Source of the DNA: Octopus sinensis
Taxonomy: Eukaryota
Direction: 5' to 3'
Assembly (NCBI RefSeq): GCF_006345805.1
Contig: NC_042999.1
Location: 98,332,001 to 98,396,000 of the forward strand
DNA: 64,000 nucleotides
Both the position numbers and the translations under genes were made by a program. The notes beneath the pieces are model-generated. The model did not search any database and was not told the origin of the DNA. It worked only from the letters and a program-made list of their open reading frames with translations. Positions within the stretch are counted from its first letter, which is position 1. Every line of letters starts with the position of its first letter. This document shows, in pieces, positions 36,801-49,100 of the stretch.

Positions 36801-37529
36801 AGATCTTCAATTTGAAGGCAAAGGTTCACTTTTTCTACATGCTGTAAGTTATCCACAAAGATTTAGTTCTATTTTTCATTTAAAACAATGAGAGCCAGTG
36901 ATTTTTCAGTTTGTGGTGATGGTAGCGGTGGGGGTTCATACACAAAGACATTATTAGAGAAAGTTAAAAATTTTCTATTGCCAGGTATGGTAACATATCT
37001 TGATGTACATGGGTGGCTGAATTTAGTTAATGTCAGCCGAAATAGTTTGAAGTATTTAGTTACATCCCTTTATGTTCTCAATTCCAATTCCAACCAGTGC
37101 TACTTTCATTTTTATTCTTTCTGGGGTAGATATTCCAATAGATAAGGAACTGTTGCAGTTATTTTATTAAATCTTCCTAATTAAGTATTAAAAAAATTAA
37201 TTGTAGTACATACATAGTGTATAATTATCATGAAATTAAGCTGTTGCTAATCCTACCTGTATATTTAAGTAGAAACTATCCTATGTAAAAATTGTTTGTT
37301 GATAACCTTTGATCAAATGATCCTAACAATTAAATATAAATTCTGAAGGAATTCCCTGTTTGTTTTTTCACAGATTCAACGTTTTGACAAAGATAAGAAG
37401 GAAAAATTTAAAGCGTGTAAAGATTCTGAGAATTATGCTTTTGATTATTTTTTTGAAACTTCTGTTCCTGGATTAACAGAACCAGATGATGAAGAGAATT
37501 TGGACAGTGAAGATGCTGATTCAAGTTAA
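13436..37529 (+). CDS. RIOK3: Serine/threonine-protein kinase RIO3, spliced CDS join(13436..13653,19577..19761,20691..20816,24353..24465,24880..25017,28028..28215,30689..30871,32714..32873,34261..34431,36739..36843,37374..37529); 1743 nt, 580 aa
   Basis: Eleven exons with GT-AG boundaries splice in frame (phases 2,1,1,0,0,2,2,0,0,0) from ATG 13436 to TAA 37527-37529. RIO kinase motifs present: [33 protein letters not shown]3-specific N-terminal motifs [40 protein letters not shown] and EKKEHSTA distinguish it from RIOK1/2. Confidence 0.95.
15413..15977 (-). mobile_element. RTE LINE 3' fragment with internal deletion (RT piece joined to 3' UTR)
   Basis: 15860-15977 is the reverse complement of RT 7910-8030; (CAT)n tail at 15413. 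Confidence 0.85.
15973..17089 (+). mobile_element. Ty3/Gypsy LTR retrotransposon remnant (integrase, frameshifted) ending in a polypurine tract
   Basis: HHCC motif [12 protein letters not shown]...YW...CRGC; [44 protein letters not shown] across frames; AAAAGGGAGA followed by TGTAGT at 17090 (likely 3' LTR start; LTR end not resolved). Confidence 0.85.
18030..18546 (+). mobile_element. Two tandem RTE 3'-end copies
   Basis: Each ends (GAT)n; match 8570-8825. Confidence 0.85.
19075..19447 (-). mobile_element. SINE A copy (RIOK3 intron 1)
   Basis: Near full-length reverse-complement match. Confidence 0.85.
19577..19761 (+). CDS. RIOK3: RIOK3 coding exon 2 (DFDERL...[15 protein letters not shown]...RKYNGNNK)
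   Basis: Pyrimidine tract + ctccag acceptor; donor G|gtagta; phase 2 to 1. Confidence 0.92.
20691..20816 (+). CDS. RIOK3: RIOK3 coding exon 3 (VSISYEKY...DFSDDDE...KKTEW)
   Basis: tttttttctctttgtag acceptor; G|gtaagt donor; not in the ORF track but completes the conserved NGxxKVSIS motif. Confidence 0.9.
21517..21734. mobile_element. Tigger/pogo-type MITE, 218 bp
   Basis: TA flanks; TIR CAGTAATCCC / GGAATTACTG (9/10). Confidence 0.7.
23260..23562 (+). mobile_element. SINE A copy, 5'-truncated and diverged
   Basis: Homology to the family body and tail. Confidence 0.75.
23583..23610 (+). mobile_element. Helitron-type 3' terminus
   Basis: Imperfect hairpin CCTGAGCAAGGCTGGG, 8 nt, then CTAG|T. 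Confidence 0.5.
23750..23995. repeat. Degenerate ~20-25 bp tandem repeat (ATGATATAGTTCAAA-like)
   Basis: About eight eroded units visible. Confidence 0.45.
24353..24465 (+). CDS. RIOK3: RIOK3 coding exon 4 ([38 protein letters not shown])
   Basis: tttag acceptor, GAG|gtgaga donor; GKGKxITTKHDxxxCGRKN motif. Confidence 0.93.
24880..25017 (+). CDS. RIOK3: RIOK3 coding exon 5 ([15 protein letters not shown]...HEKKEHSTA)
   Basis: tttcag acceptor, GCT|gtatgt donor, 46 codons. Confidence 0.94.
25030..25265 (+). mobile_element. SINE B copy in RIOK3 intron 5, CpG-decayed
   Basis: Full-length match with CG to TG/CA changes. Confidence 0.8.
26100..27400 (+). mobile_element. Heavily degraded retroelement-like coding remnant
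   Basis: Higher GC than flanks, broken frames, [10 protein letters not shown] knuckle-like motif near 26570 resembling ORF1 at 61615. Confidence 0.3.
28028..28215 (+). CDS. RIOK3: RIOK3 coding exon 6 (winged-helix end and P-loop, [11 protein letters not shown])
   Basis: tttcag acceptor, GG|gttagt donor; STGKES motif. Confidence 0.92.
29400..29750 (-). mobile_element. SINE A copy with internal deletion
   Basis: Reverse-complement match. Confidence 0.8.
30689..30871 (+). CDS. RIOK3: RIOK3 coding exon 7 (CAIKVFKT...[19 protein letters not shown])
   Basis: ttctctag acceptor, AG|gtatca donor; ATP-binding Lys and helix-C Glu. Confidence 0.94.
31293..32542 (+). repeat. 28-bp minisatellite, about 45 copies, in RIOK3 intron 7
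   Basis: Unit GAACAGTCTTTACTGTGGTTGTGGGATA; period 28 verified (cagtc at 31928 and 31956). Confidence 0.97.
32714..32873 (+). CDS. RIOK3: RIOK3 coding exon 8 (GIPCP...HVLVMSFIG...AAPKLRD)
   Basis: ttttctcttcag acceptor, AAG|gtatgg donor. Confidence 0.95.
34261..34431 (+). CDS. RIOK3: RIOK3 coding exon 9 (catalytic loop HADLSEYN, metal-binding IDVSQSV)
   Basis: Long pyrimidine tract + ttag, AAA|gtaagt donor; catalytic residues intact. Confidence 0.97.
35503..36005 (-). mobile_element. RTE 3' end with six reiterated UTR units
   Basis: (CAT)n-like tail, GGATGCCCTTCCTAATGCCAACC block, six TTTTATGTGCCAC-type units. Other 3' ends near 9870-10056, 25365-25860, 33915-34120, 42280-42462. Confidence 0.85.
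36436..36656. mobile_element. TTAA-flanked (piggyBac-type) MITE, 221 bp
   Basis: TTAA at 36432-36435 and 36657-36660; TIR TTCTTTAGCATTT / AAATGCTAAAGAG (12/13). Confidence 0.75.
36739..36843 (+). CDS. RIOK3: RIOK3 coding exon 10 ([23 protein letters not shown]...)
   Basis: tttttcag acceptor, GCT|gtaagt donor, 35 codons; ELFNxVxxL motif. Confidence 0.92.
37374..37529 (+). CDS. RIOK3: RIOK3 terminal coding exon (IQRFDKDKK...acidic tail, stop)
   Basis: ttttttcacag acceptor; open to TAA 37527-37529. Confidence 0.85.
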   Translation: MQRFDKDKKEKFKACKDSENYAFDYFFETSVPGLTEPDDEENLDSEDADSS

Positions 37530-38180
37530 TTCATGTCATATTTGAGTAAATATGCTGTTCTTCTTTGAAAGACTATCTTCTGCTGTTTCTAACTTCCTTT
37601 TGCTTTATCAAGCTTTCATTCTTCCCCACTGTCAGGTCTTTAATATTCCTCATTTATATGCATTATTATGCAGATTATTCTTTCCTTATATTTATTTCCA
37701 TATTGTCTCCTGTGATTGTATAGTTAATGAAATGCTAGAATCCAAGGAGTCTAGTATTTGACTGTGTTAGCAAAAACATCAATTCAACAAAAATTTATGA
37801 AACAGGCTGTCTCTTGTGAGTGGGAGATAATTATATTTCAACTTAGGGCCCATCGTCAGAAAGAAAATATAAACTACACACCAGCTTTGACAGTGTAAGG
37901 TCCCTTTGCATTTTCTTCTTGTGGCACACAATCATATTCTATTTTGTGAACTTATTCTGCTGAATAAGAATTTTGTTTAAATTAACTTAGGCAAGGTTCT
38001 TCTTTTTACCCCTAAAACCCTTGTGCCAACTTGCAAATAAAGGCAGGAACTAACAAAGTAGTAAAGAAAAGATTGAGTCTCACTGAATGTAAATGATCCT
38101 ATCCATTCTAGCCTGTCCATTTCAGCAAACCCTTATGTTTTAAATACTCGAGAAGAACTAGTTGGTTAAAATATTTCCAC

Positions 38181-38233
<53 letters not shown>

Positions 38234-39159
38234 TATATATTTATTTATGTGTGTGTTGGTATAAGCACAATGTTTATGAGGTTAATATGTTAGACTATTC
38301 ACCAAATGATGATGATTACTACAGCTGTTGTTTTGTAGGTGTCCACTGCCCCACCAAGGCATCTAATTATGTTTCCTCCATTGTTTCTTTACTAAATGGA
38401 ATAAAAGAAAGTTGATGCAGTTGGTAACATCAGTAATCAGATCATAGGTGTATGAAGACATTTTTTTGATGCTCAGTTGTATGTAATGCTATTACAAAAC
38501 AAAATAAAAAAACACAAGAAAACAAAACAGAAGTGTGAATATGTTGTTTTTTTTTAATGTTTACCATGGTTCTACCACAATGCAAAAGAAAAAAATTTGA
38601 AAAGAATTGCAAAGGTGTTTCAACTTTGTGGTAAAGTGGTTAGCAGTTGAAAATGGAATATAATTATGAAACTAAGCGTTCCACTATGAAAAATGGTTGT
38701 AAAGAAGTAACAGAAAGGAAGTTGCATATGCATTCACATGAAGACATGCACACAGGAATATACATTTACATACACTTGCACATAGAAATACGCTTGCATA
38801 TGCACGTCTATATCAGCATGTACAAATATGTATGTGTTTATGCATGAAGGCTCTTGCATTCTTCCTTGTGGATGCATTTTCTCACATGCTTATATATATA
38901 TATATATACACACACATAAGAACATGAATTCATACAGAATGTACTTACATACATGTACTTCTCTTTTAAGACTAAAGCAAACTAGAGAATTCATACACTA
39001 TATCCATGTTCATTTGTATGCACTCCTCTACAACACACACATATACATAAACAGAATACACACACACACACACACTTCATACATACACACTTCATCCAAC
39101 AGCCCCAAATTCACACACTAACTGAAAGCAGGGACACATACTTGCTCTCATAAAAGCGA

Positions 39160-39464
39160 TAAACGTTGCCCTTTTCAAACCTAGCCAGGCTCATGGGCCT
39201 GGTTTCCCAGTTTCTGTGACGTATGTGTTCCCCCCAGCTGGACGGGATGCCACTCCATCGCAGCATTACTCTGGAAACAGGAAGAGAGAGTGAGAGAAAG
39301 TTGTAGCGAAAGAATACAACAGGGGTCGCCACCACACCCTGCCGGAGCCTCGTGGAGCTTTTAGGTGTTTTCGCTCAATAAACACACACAATGCCCGGTC
39401 TGGGAATCGAAACCGCGATCCTCCGACCACGAGTCTGCTGCCCTAACCACTGGGCCATTGCGCC
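39160..39464 (-). mobile_element. tRNA-derived SINE family C
   Basis: Minus-strand head GGCGCAATGGCCCAGTGGTTAGGGC...GGTTTCGATTCCCAG (A and B boxes) followed by non-tRNA body; older relative near 2260-2500. Confidence 0.75.
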
Positions 39465-42400
39465 TTCACACTTGCTCTCATACACAAACACATTATATAC
39501 ATGCACACAGTAGTAACATACACGCTTATGTTTGATACACACATCACATATCAGATAGCCTCACACACCCACACATACATTAGCATCACATACTCATATA
39601 CACATCCATGCACACACATGTCCACCCACACACATACACACTTGAGCTTGGTCACTGTTGTATCCCTTGCCACCCATGCCTCCAGCCACTTCTGGTCAAT
39701 TCAACATGTGTAACCGTTAATTTGGACATGTTTTATTCTCCTCATTTTTTCTCTTTTTCCTCCTCACTCTTTTTTTCTAGAAGAGCATAGGTTCGAAACA
39801 TCAAAAACTTTTTCTATTTTTCCTGAGTGTCAAACAAATACGCCCTCTTTGTTGTTCGTTTGCTTGTCTTCTTTTTCTATATTTTTGAATTGTATTTAGA
39901 AATTTTTATTTTGGTTGCTTGAAACTTGCAGTTTAGTTTTTTTCAAAGCATTTCATACTGTCTTAAAAAATGATGCTTATTTTAGATAATGAAGTCCTAG
40001 TTAGTCTTAGAAAATAGTTGGGTTGGCCATAGTTGGAATGCTTTTAAGCATAGATCTGGTCAGATCATTTGAGGCCAAACGACAACATGTAATTTGAATG
40101 TATCAAGTATCCAGTGGAATACTTGATGCATTCAAATAGCTACTTGATGTGTGGTGAATTGATCATTTTATTATGTACATTCATAAATTCCACTGCCAGA
40201 ATGAACCACTCAAATTTACATACCACTAGAATCAAAGTTTTCATTTTAGCATACACAAATTATGGATATTGTTTACTTTCATCAATATTGAATTTTTGAG
40301 TGGTTGAATTTTTTTGTTTATTAACACTTAATCATAGAAGAAAAAAGGTCTCTAAGATAGGTGGTAGGTGGCCATTAAACAGATTGTGGTGCTGAATGAA
40401 GTGATAGCTATGTCTATCACTTGGAAAACTGGAATGCAAAGAGCTGAAACAAACATTGTGAAGTTTTCTGTATCTGATGTTCTAACAATTTTGCCTATTC
40501 ACCTATCATTCTGGACTGGTGCTGCTTTCAGATTTCCTAACCCAAGAATGGTGAGTGTCATCCAATTTACTTGGGTCAGCTAAGTAAAGTATTAGTAGCT
40601 TTAGTTATGATGTTAAAAACAAAATTAAATGTATAGTTTTTTTAACAACTAATTTTGGATTGAATGAAGAATATGTGGTAATATTTAAAAAAATATTTTA
40701 AACTAAAACATAGGAAAAAATGTTATTTTAATATACTTTCTTTTTCCATTATATGGAACTTCGTTGAACCAATAATTAAACTGCTTATAAAATATTTTTC
40801 ATTCAGTTCTTGAGTAACCCTAAAAAGATTTATGAAAATCATATCTATCTACCTATCTATCTATCTCTTTCTCTATTTTTCTCTCTCTCTATATATATAT
40901 TTATACACACACACACACACACACACACACAAATTCACACAAACATAAATTGAAAGAGAATATATTCTGTAAATTTTTGGAAATGAAATTTGGGTTTATA
41001 TTTGTTATTCAATATTTTCCATAAATAACAGTTAATAGTAACTGTTACTGATTATCTTACAAGATAATCTTGTGAGATTATTGGCTTCCCACAGCAGCAA
41101 AAAATGTATTTATTTTTTTTATACAGACCTTATTTTAACCTCTGTATGAAGATACCTGCTTGTAAATCTATTTTATTATAAACAATAAAATAAATTACAT
41201 AAAATTTTTTTAAATGTCAATTTGTAATTTATTAAATTTTACTATTAACATTCGTTTTATAGAATTTTGTTTTAGTATAGCCCCTGTTGAACTCTAAGCA
41301 AAACTGTCAATATCTTGGGGCCACACTGTTAAATGTTGCCTTCCCTTTTGTAAGATGTGAAATGCATTTTAAAGGAGGTTTTGTTGCTATCTCTTGCTTG
41401 TTGAGCATTGAAATAGTAGTTTTTTTGTTGGTTTATAATAATTGCTTGGCAGATACAGTGGCAGACAACATATATGTATATATAAACTTAGACTATAGGG
41501 GAGATAATCATGAGTTAGAAAATGAAAGTTAGGACAAGCAGAGATATCTTTGTGCAGTTTATCTTCATTATGAACCAATGCAACAACATTGTGTGGTTGC
41601 TCTATCTGCTTGAAATATCAGTTTAAATCTGCCTGAAAATAATTCTAAGCATATTAAAAATGGAAGGATGCACAGAAGTAGTTGGTAAATTATGTGCAAA
41701 CATAAGATGGCTGAAATGGCTTTGATCAAAGGTATGCTTGATCAAGGTTGACCTAAGATTAAGCAACAATACCATTTTTGTGAGTTTTACTCTTTTCCAT
41801 ACTGGCATAATTTGGATTGGTTTATAATACAGCATTTCATCACTCTTTGTTTCCCATTTTTAGAGCCTCAACAGTAAAGAATAATCTGATTGTTGTAAGT
41901 TGAAAGAATCTTATGGAAGTTATCCAAAGAGAGTACACTAGTATTAGTAGAGTGAGCATCTTAGAGGACACAAGGGAAAAGATTTATTTGGATACCAGTT
42001 ATGCTACTAGTTCTCATTTTACATCTGCTTTTCCTTGTTGGCATTGGTTGGATGGGTTGTCTTGTAATGAATCATTTCTTATCTAAAGTTAATGCATTCC
42101 TTGATAAGTCGAGAACCCTGTCTCTTTTTTTGCAATCGTTTTTGGCATGTTTTTTCTATGACTGGATGTCCTTCCTATTGCCAACAACGTTAGACATTGT
42201 ACTGAGTGTATTTTATCTTGGCACCAGCAATTGTGTGGCTCTTAGATCCTTGGTGAATCTAAACTGTCCTCTGTACATTCATCATCATCATCATCGTTTA
42301 ACATCCGTTTTCCATGCTAGCATGGGTTGGACAGTTCGACCGGGGTCTGGGAAGCCAGGAGGCTGCACCAGGCACCAGTCTGATCTGGCAGTGTTTCTAC

Positions 42401-43889
42401 TGCAGGATGCCCTTCCTAACTCCAACCACTCCGTGAGTGTAGTGGATGCTTTTTACGTGCCACAAAATATTGTAATATTTATATTCATATATTTATATAG
42501 TGCAATTTCAAATTTAAATTACAAGACAGACAACTAGTATTTAGAATTCGCTGTATATATCCACATATCTGAAGGGTAACTGTAAACAGGAGTTGTATAA
42601 ATATTTTTTTAAGAATATCTCTTGTTTTGTTTGCAATATACTTTTCCTTATGTATATAACATAGCTCTTCTGAAAGGTCATATGCATAACTAATTACTTT
42701 GTGAAAATGAAAACAAATATTGATTGAATATTCATTTCTAACTTTTTTTTCTCTTATTTTTAAATATCTTTTTATGCAATGCTTTATGTGACACATCTCA
42801 ATTGCTGTGTATTTATATTTTTGCAGGAAGGAAAAAGACAAAAAAAACTTTTTTTACCAAATCACTTGTAGCCTTCCTCTTCAAAATAGCCAAAGGAAGG
42901 CTTGGATGGATTTAACAAGTCTGATTACTATCAGGAATGTGGCAGAAATTAATCTGAAAACTCAATCTTCAGCTATATAATAGTGCTTATAAAAGTAATA
43001 AATGTTATTAATTAATTAATTTATTTATTACTAAATTATTTAATAAATGCTAAAATAGGTAGAATGGTTTCATAAATAAAGATAGGGAAATTTGGTTTAA
43101 TTTAATTTTTCGGCTGAATATTCTTATATAATGTTTGTTATTGGTCACTTTTAAGTGAAGATAGGTAACTATTCTTTGCTACATTGATGAAGACAATTTG
43201 GTCAACTTCTAGCTATCAGATTTAAATAAGTTTATTTTCATGTCATATTTAGATAAATAACCGAGTCCATTTTAGTAATTTAATGATTCTATAGTTAACT
43301 GAAACTCTGTGGTGCAGGCTAATTAACCTTACATTAATTTTACAACATTCTTGTTGCTTATAATCACGTGAAGTAAATGTTCCCTATTTATAAGTAGCTG
43401 CTAAAGTTGAGTGTTCATTTCTCAGCATGATGGGACCCAGTATCTGTGAATAAAGGATGCAGTTCTGCAACTTATGAACAATAGCCTCTCAAATGATAGT
43501 ATGACTCTGTCAACATATCTGACTGTCCTCTTACCAGTTTTGTTATTACCTAGACCTGTGATTATCAAGCTGATGTATACCAGGCCCTGTTGAAATAGTG
43601 AAAATTTTTGGTACCCTTGCTTCTTCATTAACAAGAAGATAAACATGGTTTGCATCCATATAATTCTTTTGTCGGGAGCATTGTTTTAGTCAAGTGTAAA
43701 ATTTTGATAATCATCATAATTTTAATAAACATAGCAATTTGTCCGTTTACTTTAACCCTGACACAGTGTTCATGCTATTGTGAGAATACCTTAAATATCA
43801 TCTCTGTTGGATTTGCAGTAAAACAGTAATGAACATACATGGAAAGAGAAGATGCAGCTGATTCTGTCCATTAGTTTGCCTGCAGTTAT

Positions 43890-44245
43890 TATTCTTAATT
43901 TTGTTCCTGCTTCTCGACCACATGGTTCTGGGTTCAGTCCCACTGCGTAACACCTTGGGCAAGTGTCTTCTACTATAGCCTCTGGTTTGACCAAAACATT
44001 GTGAGTGAAAGAAGCCCGTCATATTGATGTATATATTTATGTGTGTCTGTGTTTGTCCCCACCACCACCACTTGATAACCGGTGTTGGTATGATTACGTC
44101 CTTGTAACTTACCAGTTTGGCAACAGAGACTGGTAGAATAAGGACCAGGCTTAAGAAAAAACAAGTCCTGGGGTCGATTTGTTTGATTAAAACCCTTCAA
44201 GGGGCTGCCTCAGCATGGCTGCATCAAATAACTGAAACAAATGAA
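43890..44245 (+). mobile_element. SINE A copy, CpG-depleted
   Basis: Homology to 45535-45936. Confidence 0.75.
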
Positions 44246-44941
44246 TGATAGTTATTTCAATTTGTAGAATCTTATTCTTGTTTTAGTTTAGCCCCTGTTG
44301 GACCCTAATCAAGCAAAGTTTATGGTGAAACACATTTCAGCTGTCAGCATCTTGAAATTTTGTATATCTGGGGCTTCATTGTTAAATGTGGCCTTCCTTT
44401 TTGTAAGTCAGGTGTATTTTAAGGGAGTTTTGGCTGCTATTTCTTGCAGGTTGACCATCATATGGCAGTTTTCTTGTTAGTTCATAATATTTGTTTGACT
44501 GATACGGTGGCAGGCAACATGAAAATATATATTAACTAGTGGCTACAGGGGAGGTAATCATGCAACTAATTATTTTTTGCTCACGTGGAGGGTAGATACA
44601 TTGGCCCAGTTCTGAGAGTGTTAAGGAACATTGACCTTGATATATATGTATCTATGACTGAAATTCTTCAATGGTTGTCTGACTGTCAGCGTCAAACGGA
44701 TACTTATGTTACCAGTGGTGATATCAACTTGACCCACGTATGTCAATGAGTGGGAGCTTTCGATGATATTCTGAATTTGGTAACTTGATAACATTTCGTT
44801 GAAGCTGTGTCATTTTATGCAATAAAATACTTTTTCACGACTGCACATGAAGTGCAGATATACGAGTTATGGCAACTTTTAACCGGACATCTGTCTTGTG
44901 AACAAATATACAAGGAAATGAAATAAAGTTTTAATACAAAA

Positions 44942-45330
44942 CTAGCAGTATCGCCCGGTGTTATTCGAGTTTGTTTCGACCCTTTAGAATTGGAATTTTT
45001 GAAACGTAAAAATTTTGCATTATGTAGCTTGTTATTCTCTTTAAGTGAACATTTTTCTTGTTGAAATACACCGAAAAATGGCGACACAGCAGTCACAAAA
45101 TCGTAAAAAAACAGGGATTTTCATAGAAAAAAGGCACCTTTTTGATGTAAATAATTTGTGGTCTTAACATGGTCCGATTTGAATGTTATCTTCTACGGAA
45201 TGAAGAGCAAGCCTTCTTCTATCATACTCTCAATTTTGGTCAACTTGCGTCGCAGTGTCTCGGAGGAGATAGTGTTAGTTATGCCAACCCATGTCGTATC
45301 TCAAACGTGTGTCCATTATTATGGTGTAAG
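44942..45330 (-). mobile_element. Non-autonomous Helitron-type element
   Basis: Minus-strand eroded hairpin (CCCGGTGTTATTCGAG on +) followed by CTAG|T at 44945-44941; other end approximate. Confidence 0.5.
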
Positions 45331-45534
45331 GGAGATAATTCATGAATCATTATTGGTTTATTTTATGACGGTCTTTCATTTTTCAATGTTCGAGCAGAGA
45401 ACTATTCTTGGCTCAATTCAGGCAGACCAAAGTCAAGTAGAACTAAGATAAAAAGCGTTCCAGTCATGACCATCCTGTTTTGCATTCAGTCAAAAAGTAT
45501 TTGAAGTCACATTAATCAATAACATGCATATATA

Positions 45535-45936
45535 GGCGCAGGCGTGGCTGTGTGGTAAGTAGCTTGTTTACCAACCACATGGTTCCGGGTTCAGTCCCAC
45601 TGCGTGGCACCTTGGGCAAGTGTCTTCTACTATAGCCTCGGGCCGCCCAAAGCCTTGTGAGTGGATTTGGTAGACGGAAACTGAAAGAAGCCCGTCGTAT
45701 ATATGTATATATATGTATGCGTGTCTATGTTTGTGTGTCTGTGTTTGTCCCCCCTAGCATTGCTTGACAACTGATGCTGGTGTGTTTACGTCCCCGTTAC
45801 TTAGCGGTTCGGCAAAAGAGACTGATAGAATAAGTACTGGGCTTACAAAAGAATAAGTCCCGGGGGTGTCGAGTTGCTCGACTAAAGGCGGTGCTCCAGC
45901 ATGGCCGCAGTCAAATGACTGAAACGAGTAAAAGAG
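45535..45936 (+). mobile_element. tRNA-derived SINE family A, best-preserved copy
   Basis: A-box-like TGGCTGTGTGGTAAG, B-box GGTTCAGTCCC, central (TA/TG)n, 3' GAAACGAGTAAAAGAG; many homologues in the window. Confidence 0.85.
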
Positions 45937-45962
45937 AGAATATACATTCGCATATATGTATA

Positions 45963-46236
45963 CAGGGTGATTGAAAAGTAACTCCCTATTTTAAAATATT
46001 TATTTATTAACTGTAATTTTTAGAAAATATGAATATTTGAAGAAAGCGTTGAGCATAGAGTTTTATTTAAAATTCGATTTGGGCACCAGCATTTGCCACC
46101 AGCTTATCAAGCTACCCGGAGACCGCATCAACTTATTTCATCAGGAACTCCCTCTGGGATGGAGGATATAACTTCTCGTATAGTTAATAAATAAATTATA
46201 AATAGTTAAAAATAGGGAGTTACTTTTCAATCATCC

Positions 46237-46238
<2 letters not shown>
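45963..46238. mobile_element. Tc1/mariner-type MITE, 276 bp
   Basis: TA flanks; 30-bp TIR CAGGGTGATTGAAAAGTAACTCCCTATTTT with 2 mismatches, plus subterminal TTTATTAACT repeat. Confidence 0.88.
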
Positions 46239-46304
<66 letters not shown>

Positions 46305-46314
<10 letters not shown>

Positions 46315-46529
46315 TCAGTCATTTGACTGCGGCCATGCAGGAGCACCACCTTTTGTCGAACAAATCGACCCCAGGACTTATTCTTTGTAAGCTTAGTACT
46401 TATTCTATTGGTCTATTTTGCCGAAACGGTAATTTACGGGGACGTAAACACACCAGCATCGGTTGTCAAGCGATGTTGGGTGGGGGACAAACAGACATAC
46501 ACATGTACATACATACATATATATATATA

Positions 46530-46591
<62 letters not shown>

Positions 46592-47095
46592 CAACGGGCT
46601 TCTTTCAGTTTCCATCTATCAAATCCACTCACTAGGCTTTGGTCAGCACGAGGCTACAGTAGAAGGCACTTTCCCAAGGTGGCACGCAATGGGACTGAAC
46701 CCGTAAACATGTGGTTGGTAAGCAAGCTACTTTTTACTTGTTTCAGTCATTCAACTGAGGCCATGCTGGGGCACCACTTTAAAGAATTTTATCCGAATTA
46801 ATCGTCCTTAGTACTTTTTTTTATTCTATCGGTTTCTTTTGCTGAACCACTAGAATACGGGGACGCAAATGCATCAACACCAGTTGACAAGCGGTGGTGG
46901 GGGGACAAACACACACAAAGATTCTTTCACACACACGCACGCACACCACGGGCTTCTTTCAATTTCGTCTACCATATCCACCCACAAGTCTTTGATCAAT
47001 CAGAGGCTATTGTTGAAGACATTTACCCAAGGTGCTCTGCAGTGGGACTGAACCTGAAACTACGTGGTTGAAAAGCAAGCTTCTTACCACACTGA
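46305..47095 (-). mobile_element. Two tandem SINE A copies
   Basis: About 46305-46725 and 46730-47095, both reverse orientation. Confidence 0.8.
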
Positions 47096-47642
47096 CACTT
47101 GTGTATGTATGTGTGTGTGTATACATGCATATATGTATATATAAGCATACGCGCACACTCATATACATTGCAAAGACTTGTCTTTAATCCTTTCGGGTAA
47201 TTAAAATTTATTCTAGGGCAGTGGATTGGCAGAATTGTTAGAAAATATCTTGCGATGTTTAGCTTAGCCTTTTGCATTCTGACAGCAACGCCTACGCCAA
47301 CACTGGATTCCTGGCTTAATCGGCCCCTAGTCAGCAACCTTCCCTTGAATAAAGATCGGTGGCGTGCAGAAGGGAGATAACTGTCACTCCTTCCGAAATC
47401 ATCAAGCCCAGGCCTGCTAATGTATGGTCCATCTTTGACCGATAAATGCCTTGCAGGTGAACTCAGAACGTAAAAAGCAAGAACAAATTCAGTAAAAGAT
47501 GACTTCTTAACTACGCGGTTTCGATATCAGTCCTACTGCTTGGCATCTTGAGCATGTGTCATTTATTATAGAACCGTGCCGATCAATTCCTTGTGAGTGA
47601 ATTCAGTTGACAGAAACTGTGCAGAAGCTTCTCTCTCTCTCT

Positions 47643-47705
<63 letters not shown>

Positions 47706-48126
47706 GTGTGTGTGTGTGTGTATCTCTGTGCGTGCTAGCGAATCTTTGTCTCCGCATCTCTTGACTATCGGTGTTGGCTCGTTTCGTCCCTGTAATTTAG
47801 CGGCTCGGCGAAAGAAAAACCGATGAAATAAGCACCAGACTTGAAACAAAAAAATTCTTTGGATGATATATTCGACTAAACCCGTCAAGGTGATACTCCA
47901 GCACGGCCGCAGTCCTATGTAGGAAACAAGTAAAAGAAAGAAAGAATAAAAGAACGAAACAATTCCACCACACCAGCTGCTTTATTTTATAGAAACGAAG
48001 AAACACAAAGTCGAATATAGCTCTTTGATGTTCAAACGTTAATCCATAACGTATGGTCTGTTGCAATATTGTTTTCAGATTCCAGCGTAAAAGGCATATT
48101 TTTACCCTGTAAGGTATCACTACGGT

Positions 48127-48164
<38 letters not shown>

Positions 48165-48749
48165 TAACAATGATATCGCTATCCTACTATTGTTAGCTAC
48201 AAGTGTTAAAAATATTATCCAGTATACTAATCGATAAATTCTGCACTTATCGTTTCTGCCCATTGCTCTACGTAGGTTTTGGCTTACACAATATAAATTT
48301 CTATTACATGATAATTATCCTGAACACTAGGTCTGAAATTTTCGGCGGTTGTAAACATATGCCAAAGTTCCTTTTAAAGAACTAGAAAATTCCGCCTGTG
48401 CCTAATTAATTTGCCGCTATTTTTTCCACCCTTATAATTCAAGGTCAAAGATAGATAGCTCCTTTACGTTCTCACTTATTTCTGATTACTTTTCGTTTTC
48501 CGTTTTTAACATCCACGTTTTCTATATGCTTCCTTCTCGACTTTTCTTTCCTTCAGTTTCTAGTTCGTTATGCTATGTAATTTGTGCCTAATATCTATGC
48601 GGAGATGTTACGTATGTTATAATTCATTATCTGGCATGTTCTCAGCCCAAGAAACTATTAGTAGCACATGTATTGTGTCTATTAAATAATATTTGTCTCT
48701 CACCAGATGGAGTACTTATTTTGTTGGTCTTACCATCATGGAACTGTAC

Positions 48750-48834
<85 letters not shown>

Positions 48835-48849
48835 AAGTTTTCACTGTAT

Positions 48850-49068
48850 ATATTGGTTTCAAATTTTGGCATAAGGCAGCAAGTTCGGGAGGAGGGGTTG
48901 AATCGATTACATTGATCCCAGTGTTAAACTGGGGCTTATTTTACCCATACTGAAAGAATGAAAGGCACTGTCAACCTCGGCAGAATTTGAACTCAGAACG
49001 TAAAGGCGGACGAAATGCCGCTAAGCATTTTGCCCGGCGTTGCTAACAATTCTACCTGCTTGCCGCCT
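48850..49068 (-). mobile_element. SINE B copy, head-to-head with 49101-49310
   Basis: Reverse-complement match. Confidence 0.85.
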
Positions 49069-49100
49069 TCTTTCACCATATATACTGACTATAGAAAATT

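Noticed and set aside
38035-38510. AATAAA candidates for the RIOK3 poly(A) site
   Set aside because: Several equivalent hexamers in AT-rich sequence; cannot choose without 3'-end data
40368-40583. 71-aa ORF with plausible acceptor and ATG|gtgagt donor
   Set aside because: No recognisable homology and no partner exons found; needs transcript data
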